A stretch of DNA of 11,370 nt from an uncultured bacterium (GTDB lineage Bacteria; Hydrothermota; UBA3073; NMUJ01): contig CBFDTI010000041.1 in the NCBI GenBank assembly GCA_965612795.1, forward strand, positions 1 through 11,370, written 5' to 3'. This document shows, piece after piece, positions 6,544 through 11,370 of the stretch. Below the pieces are notes generated by a model. It saw only the letters and a program-made list of their open reading frames with translations, did no database searches and was not told the DNA's origin. Position numbers and translations under genes: made by a program. How positions within the stretch are numbered: the stretch's first letter is position 1; each line of letters opens with the position of its first letter.

Positions 6544-8412
6544 ATGCTCATACCCTTTTTAATTTTTATGTTGGGTGTTGAGCCTCCAGCTATAGATTGG
6601 AAGAAACACGATGTGGGCCTTATACGGTTGAAGATATCGAACCTTGGTACAATGGGTAAACATCAAGCCGAAGTTTATGGCCAGGGGCGTCCACATTGTG
6701 AGTATCCGCCTGAAAGTAGCGAAGAACACATATGTGGTGCAGGCCTATGGATAGGTGCTAAGGTTGATGACCAGCCCCGTGTAACACAAGCGTTTCATGA
6801 TTGGGCAGAAGGTGGATCGGATATGTTCGAATTCTATCCTACAAATGATCCGAACGATACTCTATGGGTGGCAAGCATAAACGATCTGGATACACTACAT
6901 GGTGTACGGGGTGTGGACGATGATGGCGATGGTAAGGTGGATGAGGAGTTCCTCGATGGCCGTGATAATGATAATGATGGCCTCATTGATGAAGATTATG
7001 CTACATATTCGGAGCAGGATTTCACCTGTCACTACTGTGATGACTATTGGACTGATATTGTTGCACATAAGCCGTTACATCTTGAGGTTATACAACGTAG
7101 CTGGGCGTGGGGTTACCCTCCCTATGATGAATTTGTATTTGTAGACTACCAGGTGGTTAATAAGAATGAAGAGCCGTATCCTGAGCTCTATCTTGGATTT
7201 TGGTTCGATTTTAACGTAGGTATATACCCTACTTGGGGATGGTGGGATGGCGACTACTCGTGGTTTGATGAAGATTTACTTGTATCTGAAAGTGATACAA
7301 TCACAACGTATACGATGTATGCGTTTAGCCTGCCAGATCCATCCGGTACCCCTGTAGGTGCAGTTGCTGTATCGATACTTAAATATCCGAAAGAGCCTGG
7401 GTTACGGGCGTATCGTTGGTACATGGACTGCGGTGAACCTTATAACGATAGCATAAGGTACGAGCATCTTTCACAACCTATAATAATGGAGAGCCAAGGT
7501 CCAGACCAGGCGAGTGGCGGTTCGGGTAACCTTATCTCGTTTGGCCCCTACTACTTTGCACCCGGTGATACATTGCGACTTACGATAGTGGTTGTTTGTG
7601 GTATGGGGCCAGAGGGTGTAGAAAAGAATGTTGAAACAGCACATGAGTTTTATGCGAATGATTTTCATGGACCTGCGCCTCCACCGTCGCCTCCATTGGA
7701 AGTATATCCGGATGAACATAAGGTCAGGCTATGCTGGAAGTGGGAGCCCGGTGATCCGGGTACCAATCCCGAAGAGTTCTATGACCCCTACCGGATGGAC
7801 GGTATAGAATATCCGTTTGCTGGATATAGGATCTATAAAAGTACCAGCGGTATAAATGGGCCATGGACACTGATGGCTGATTACGATAAGAAGGGCGACG
7901 GGTTTGGTCGTGAAACCGGTCTACAATACGAATATGTAGATAGTGGGTTAGTAAATGGTATACCTTACTGGTATTGTGTCACCTCGTATGCGATATCACA
8001 TGAAGGTGTGTGGCTGGAGAGTGCGAAGTTTGCCAACGTGCAGAAAGTTGTACCAGGTTCGCCACCTAAGAAGCTGGGGCGAGTAGCGGTGGTACCCAAC
8101 CCATATCTCGGTAATGTCGATTATACAAGTCCATTGCCATGGGAAACGCCACGTGAGGCTGGTAGACAGTGGTCGGAAGCTGATAGGCGTGTGCAATTTA
8201 TAAATCTACCAGCTCACTGTACGATAAGGATTTATACATTAAGTGGCGATCTCGTAGATGTTATCGAGCATAACGATCCTAATAAAGGTTATGAAGATTG
8301 GTACCTCGTGTCACGTGCAAATCAGGCGATAATGACTGAAATCTACATATTCTCGGTGGAAGACCACGAAACTGGTGAGGTTCAAATAGGTAAATTTGTC
8401 GTCATTAAATAG
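6544..8412 (+). CDS. Secreted protein with DxDxDG repeats, fibronectin-III-like domain and T9SS type A CTD-like C-terminal domain
   Basis: Short hydrophobic N-terminus; tandem DxDxDG motifs; proline linker PAPPPSPPL, then Fn3-like VRLCW...FAGYRIYKS...EYVDSGLVNGIPYWYCVTSY; C-terminal VVPNPY...FINLP...IRIYTLSGDLV...W...YIF...GKFVVIK resembling the CTD pattern (xPNP, IY..G..V, GxY, KxxxK). Confidence 0.78.
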   Translation: MLIPFLIFMLGVEPPAIDWKKHDVGLIRLKISNLGTMGKHQAEVYGQGRPHCEYPPESSEEHICGAGLWIGAKVDDQPRVTQAFHDWAEGGSDMFEFYPTNDPNDTLWVASINDLDTLHGVRGVDDDGDGKVDEEFLDGRDNDNDGLIDEDYATYSEQDFTCHYCDDYWTDIVAHKPLHLEVIQRSWAWGYPPYDEFVFVDYQVVNKNEEPYPELYLGFWFDFNVGIYPTWGWWDGDYSWFDEDLLVSESDTITTYTMYAFSLPDPSGTPVGAVAVSILKYPKEPGLRAYRWYMDCGEPYNDSIRYEHLSQPIIMESQGPDQASGGSGNLISFGPYYFAPGDTLRLTIVVVCGMGPEGVEKNVETAHEFYANDFHGPAPPPSPPLEVYPDEHKVRLCWKWEPGDPGTNPEEFYDPYRMDGIEYPFAGYRIYKSTSGINGPWTLMADYDKKGDGFGRETGLQYEYVDSGLVNGIPYWYCVTSYAISHEGVWLESAKFANVQKVVPGSPPKKLGRVAVVPNPYLGNVDYTSPLPWETPREAGRQWSEADRRVQFINLPAHCTIRIYTLSGDLVDVIEHNDPNKGYEDWYLVSRANQAIMTEIYIFSVEDHETGEVQIGKFVVIK

Positions 8413-8423
8413 GAGGGAGTAAG

Positions 8424-9338
8424 ATGCGCAAATTCTTGAGCTTTACGTTCCTTATACCTCTACTCCTCTATGGGGTATATGATAGGCCTGGCAGCACTAC
8501 TGCACAGCTGCTCAAAATCGGATGTCATGCACGTGCGGTTGGTATGGGTGAAGCCTACATTGCAGTAGCAGATGATGCAAGTGCATTGTATTATAACCCA
8601 GCGTGTCTGGCACGTGTGAATGGTTACAGTATGTTCGCCACCCATATACCATGGTTTGCGAATATTAATTATGAATATGTAGGGATAGCGAAAAGTTTCA
8701 CAAGGGTGGGTACATTTGGTGTATCATTTGGTACATTGTACACAGATAAGATGCCGGTACGTACCATACTGCGGCCTGAGGGTACTGGTGAGTATTTCTA
8801 TTGTAGTGATTTTGTGTTGGGGCTCACCTATGCGACATTCCTCACGGATAAGACAGCGATCGGATTTACGCTGAAGTATGTGGGTATGTATCTTTATGTA
8901 TACTCAGCTGGTACGATATGTTGTGATATCGGTACATATTACTGGACGGGTTGGCATAACGTGCGGTTCGGTATGAGGATAATGAATTTTGGGCCTTACC
9001 TTAAGTTTATGCATGAGATGTGCCCTTTGCCTACTATGTTTTCATTTGGGGTTGCGGATGAGTTTATCGAGACTGATATGTATAAACTCACTGTGGCAGT
9101 CAATGTTGACAAGCCAACGGACTCTAAGGAACGATTAGCAATAGGGTGTGAATACTGGTATAATAATATGTTTGCTATACGGGCTGGTTACAAGATAGGA
9201 CATGATTCCGAAAAGTGGTCCACTGGTGTAGGGTTTGTACAGCATGTAGGTAAGCTTAGGTTCAGCATCAACTGCGCATACACACACTATGAAGGGCTTA
9301 ATGATGTGTATAGGTTGACGTTAGGGATAGCCATCTAA
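8424..9338 (+). CDS. PorV/PorQ-family (UPF0164, FadL-like) outer-membrane beta-barrel protein
   Basis: Signal peptide, then LLKIGCHARAVGMGEAYIAVADDASALYYNPACLA (family N-terminal signature), amphipathic beta strands, and GCEYWYNNMFAIRAGY; 304 aa. Confidence 0.88.
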   Translation: MRKFLSFTFLIPLLLYGVYDRPGSTTAQLLKIGCHARAVGMGEAYIAVADDASALYYNPACLARVNGYSMFATHIPWFANINYEYVGIAKSFTRVGTFGVSFGTLYTDKMPVRTILRPEGTGEYFYCSDFVLGLTYATFLTDKTAIGFTLKYVGMYLYVYSAGTICCDIGTYYWTGWHNVRFGMRIMNFGPYLKFMHEMCPLPTMFSFGVADEFIETDMYKLTVAVNVDKPTDSKERLAIGCEYWYNNMFAIRAGYKIGHDSEKWSTGVGFVQHVGKLRFSINCAYTHYEGLNDVYRLTLGIAI

Positions 9339-9347
9339 GGAGGTACA

Positions 9348-9974
9348 ATGAAAATACGTGCTGTTTTATTCATCACGGTAATTTCGGCAATAATGTTGAT
9401 TCAATGTACGAGACAGTTCACTACACCTGAACCCGGTTACCTACGTGTTTGGATAGAAGGTGAAGCCACCGACCGTAATGTGTTGGGTATCCAACCCGGT
9501 GATTGTTTAAACTTGAAGATCAACAACATAAGGGTATTTAGGGAAGATGGTTATTATAAACCGATATATTGGTCAACGGATGTGTTCCATGATACAGATA
9601 GGATTGTGAACATATTTGCATGGGATACAACAGAGGATAAATTTAGAACCTATTTCTTGGGTGAAACGGATCTACCGCCACAGAAGTTCGATACAATTAA
9701 GGTGACGATCAACCTCAGCCCTTACGTGGAGACCACTTACGTGGATACTGATACAGTGATTAATTACCGTTATAATGTGTTCAAACTGGGTGGACATCTA
9801 CTCAGTATAGACCTCGAATGGGGTACAAGTGTGGCGAAGGCCAATTTTGATTTACAGGTTGAGGAACACAAGTATTACGACCTCTACCTGTATTTCGATA
9901 TCGATAGCTCATTATCGAGGACTGCTGAAGGTTATGAGATGGCACCCGTAATTAAAGTGAAATCATTGGAGTAG
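9348..9974 (+). CDS. Putative lipoprotein, DUF4382-like beta-rich domain
   Basis: MKIR, hydrophobic stretch, then LIQC (Cys20). LGETDLPPQKFDTIKVTI and FDLQVEEHKYYDLYLYFDIDSSL resemble the DUF4382 pattern. Strong SD upstream. The CDS is secure; the family call is tentative. Confidence 0.65.
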   Translation: MKIRAVLFITVISAIMLIQCTRQFTTPEPGYLRVWIEGEATDRNVLGIQPGDCLNLKINNIRVFREDGYYKPIYWSTDVFHDTDRIVNIFAWDTTEDKFRTYFLGETDLPPQKFDTIKVTINLSPYVETTYVDTDTVINYRYNVFKLGGHLLSIDLEWGTSVAKANFDLQVEEHKYYDLYLYFDIDSSLSRTAEGYEMAPVIKVKSLE

Positions 9975-9981
9975 GAGGTAT

Positions 9982-11370
9982 ATGATGTCCAAAAGAACCA
10001 GCATCATAGTGATCACCAGTTGTATGATGTTGATGTTACTGGTCTACTGTCGGCGAGGAAAAATCGGTACACCCTACCCAAATAAGGTGCCCGAAACTAT
10101 AATAACCTATGGGCCGGTACCGAATGATTCTTTGCATTCGCTGACAAAGGGTGATTCACTACCTTGCTACTTTGCGTTACAGCAGATATGTTGGGATGGT
10201 GACGACGAAGATGGTTATGTGGTAAGATATAAATATAGGTATCGCACCATACACAAAACAAGAGGTGATACATACTACTTCCCTGCAAAAGATGAATGGG
10301 CCGAGACAACAGCTACTGAGATAACGATACCGTTTGAATCGTCAGATGAAGATCTCATAACAGAGGATGGTGATACTATTTCACGTAATCTGCAGATATT
10401 TGAGGTTGCTGCTATAGATAACGAAGGTGCAATCGATACCAGTCCAGCGGTGTTGACCTTTTGGACGCTCGCCAATAAGCTGCCCGAGACTGAGATCATC
10501 TATCCTGCTGAGGGTGATACGTTTCTTGCACTCACATATACCACAGCTACATGGAGGGGTATAAAGGTAAGCTGGACAGCTACCGATCCAGATGGTGAAG
10601 TGATGGATTACAAATGGCGAGTAGATAGCCTTGTATGGTCACATTGGATAACGGATACCTCAATATATATACCGCCGACAGCTTTTAAGGAGCCACTCGA
10701 GGGTAGGCATACCATAGAAATAGTGGCACGTGATAATACATTTAATGAGGATCTTACACCCGCCTCTATACATATATATCTGGTGGAGGTCATATTTGAT
10801 AAACCGCTACTGGTTGTGGATGAAACTCGACGTGTGGTGGGTGCTGAGGGTGTATATGATGATTCGGTATTCTACAAGGAGATATTAGACGAGATTTTGG
10901 GAGTAACAGGTTATGATGTGTTAGATTGGGAGACATTCACTGGTGGGTTGTTATCGATTATAGCAGGATACAGGATGGTGTTCTGGTATGATGATGATTG
11001 GAGCTACGGTACGGAATTTTGGTCACCTGCAGTTATAGATGCGATTACACAGTACCTGAAAGTTGGTGGTAAGTTATGGATTACAGGGTGGCGTATGTTT
11101 GAGCGTGCGGATACAAGTCTATTCGCAGAGGATGGCTTTATACATGACTATTTCTATATAACAGGTAGCTCGGTGATCCCTGAATATGAGTTTAAAGGTG
11201 CAATAGGGGTTGGTGGGTGGCCATCAGTTGATGTAGATACAAATAGAACATGGAGACACCAATATTTGAGGACAATATCATGGGTATCCATTGTGCCATT
11301 CACACCAGCATATGAGGTGCTTACGTTTAATCCGGTGACAGATACGACACTTATCGGCAAACCTGTAGGT
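9982..11370 (+). CDS. Large putative lipoprotein: two tandem Ig-like repeats followed by an alpha/beta (class I GATase-like) domain; 3' end truncated by window edge
   Basis: Manually translated; not in ORF track. Open for 463 codons from ATG 9982 (alternative ATG 9985) after AGGAGG: MMSKRTSIIVITSCMMLMLLVYC(23)RRGK...; repeats NKVPETII...WDGDDEDG...FEVAAIDNEGAIDTSPA and NKLPETEI...WTATDPDG...IEIVARDNTFNEDLTPA; then KPLLVVDE...YRMVFWY...AITQYLKVGGKLWITG. Confidence 0.85.
   Translation, partial: MMSKRTSIIVITSCMMLMLLVYCRRGKIGTPYPNKVPETIITYGPVPNDSLHSLTKGDSLPCYFALQQICWDGDDEDGYVVRYKYRYRTIHKTRGDTYYFPAKDEWAETTATEITIPFESSDEDLITEDGDTISRNLQIFEVAAIDNEGAIDTSPAVLTFWTLANKLPETEIIYPAEGDTFLALTYTTATWRGIKVSWTATDPDGEVMDYKWRVDSLVWSHWITDTSIYIPPTAFKEPLEGRHTIEIVARDNTFNEDLTPASIHIYLVEVIFDKPLLVVDETRRVVGAEGVYDDSVFYKEILDEILGVTGYDVLDWETFTGGLLSIIAGYRMVFWYDDDWSYGTEFWSPAVIDAITQYLKVGGKLWITGWRMFERADTSLFAEDGFIHDYFYITGSSVIPEYEFKGAIGVGGWPSVDVDTNRTWRHQYLRTISWVSIVPFTPAYEVLTFNPVTDTTLIGKPVG
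10081..10785 (+). repeat. Intragenic tandem domain duplication (units about 10081-10473 and 10474-10785)
   Basis: Unit starts AATAAGGTGCCCGAAACT (10081-10098) and AATAAGCTGCCCGAGACT (10474-10491) match at 16/18 nt; shared protein pattern NKxPET...WxxxDxDG.V..YK.R...E..A.DN....D..PA. Confidence 0.8.

Noticed and set aside
7027..7038. CHYC as a c-type heme-binding site
   Set aside because: It is followed by Asp, not His, so it is not CxxCH.
7504..7524. DQASGGS in the 622-aa protein resembles the ApbE flavinylation motif Dxx(S/T)GA(S/T), with apbE nearby
   Set aside because: It has Gly in place of the conserved Ala, occurs once with no FMN-binding domain context, and apbE is in the divergent operon.
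3925..11360. Minus-strand ORFs within the outer-membrane operon and alternate-frame plus ORFs 4622-4846 and 6899-7144
   Set aside because: All lie inside strongly supported genes. The Met-rich 6899-7144 ORF is a frame-shifted reading of GAT-rich Asp codons.
3864..11370. Genomic island or prophage integrated at the tRNA
   Set aside because: No integrase, transposase, att duplication or obvious compositional shift is visible in the window. It is kept only as an alternative hypothesis.
1..11370. CRISPR array, rRNA, riboswitch, T-box leader or intrinsic terminator
   Set aside because: No regularly spaced repeats or hairpin plus U-tract were seen, and the only sizeable intergenic region is 106 bp of AT-rich promoter-like sequence.

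Overview
Bacterial chromosomal window with two divergent gene blocks around a 106-bp AT-rich intergenic region (3686-3791). On the minus strand is an overlapping-gene operon: serS, a Mut7-C (PIN-like, Zn-ribbon) RNase-domain protein, a (2Fe-2S) protein, an FAD/NAD(P)-dependent oxidoreductase (proline dehydrogenase/sarcosine oxidase alpha-like) and apbE (runs off the left edge, absent from the ORF track). On the plus strand is a CAT-anticodon tRNA with an initiator-type body but an atypical G1:C72 pair and C73 discriminator. It is followed 28 nt later, with no terminator, by a tightly coupled outer-membrane cluster: TonB-dependent receptor, secreted protein with a T9SS-CTD-like C-terminus, PorV/PorQ-like barrel, DUF4382-like lipoprotein and a large multidomain lipoprotein (runs off the right edge, absent from the ORF track). 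The gene content suggests a diderm, non-Bacteroidota relative of the FCB group (inference). The most notable observations are this SusD-less uptake module with its own PorV-like barrel, the non-canonical initiator-like tRNA, and D-(S/T)-hydrophobic O-glycosylation-like sequons found only in exported proteins. All family calls come from motif recognition by eye; no searches were run.
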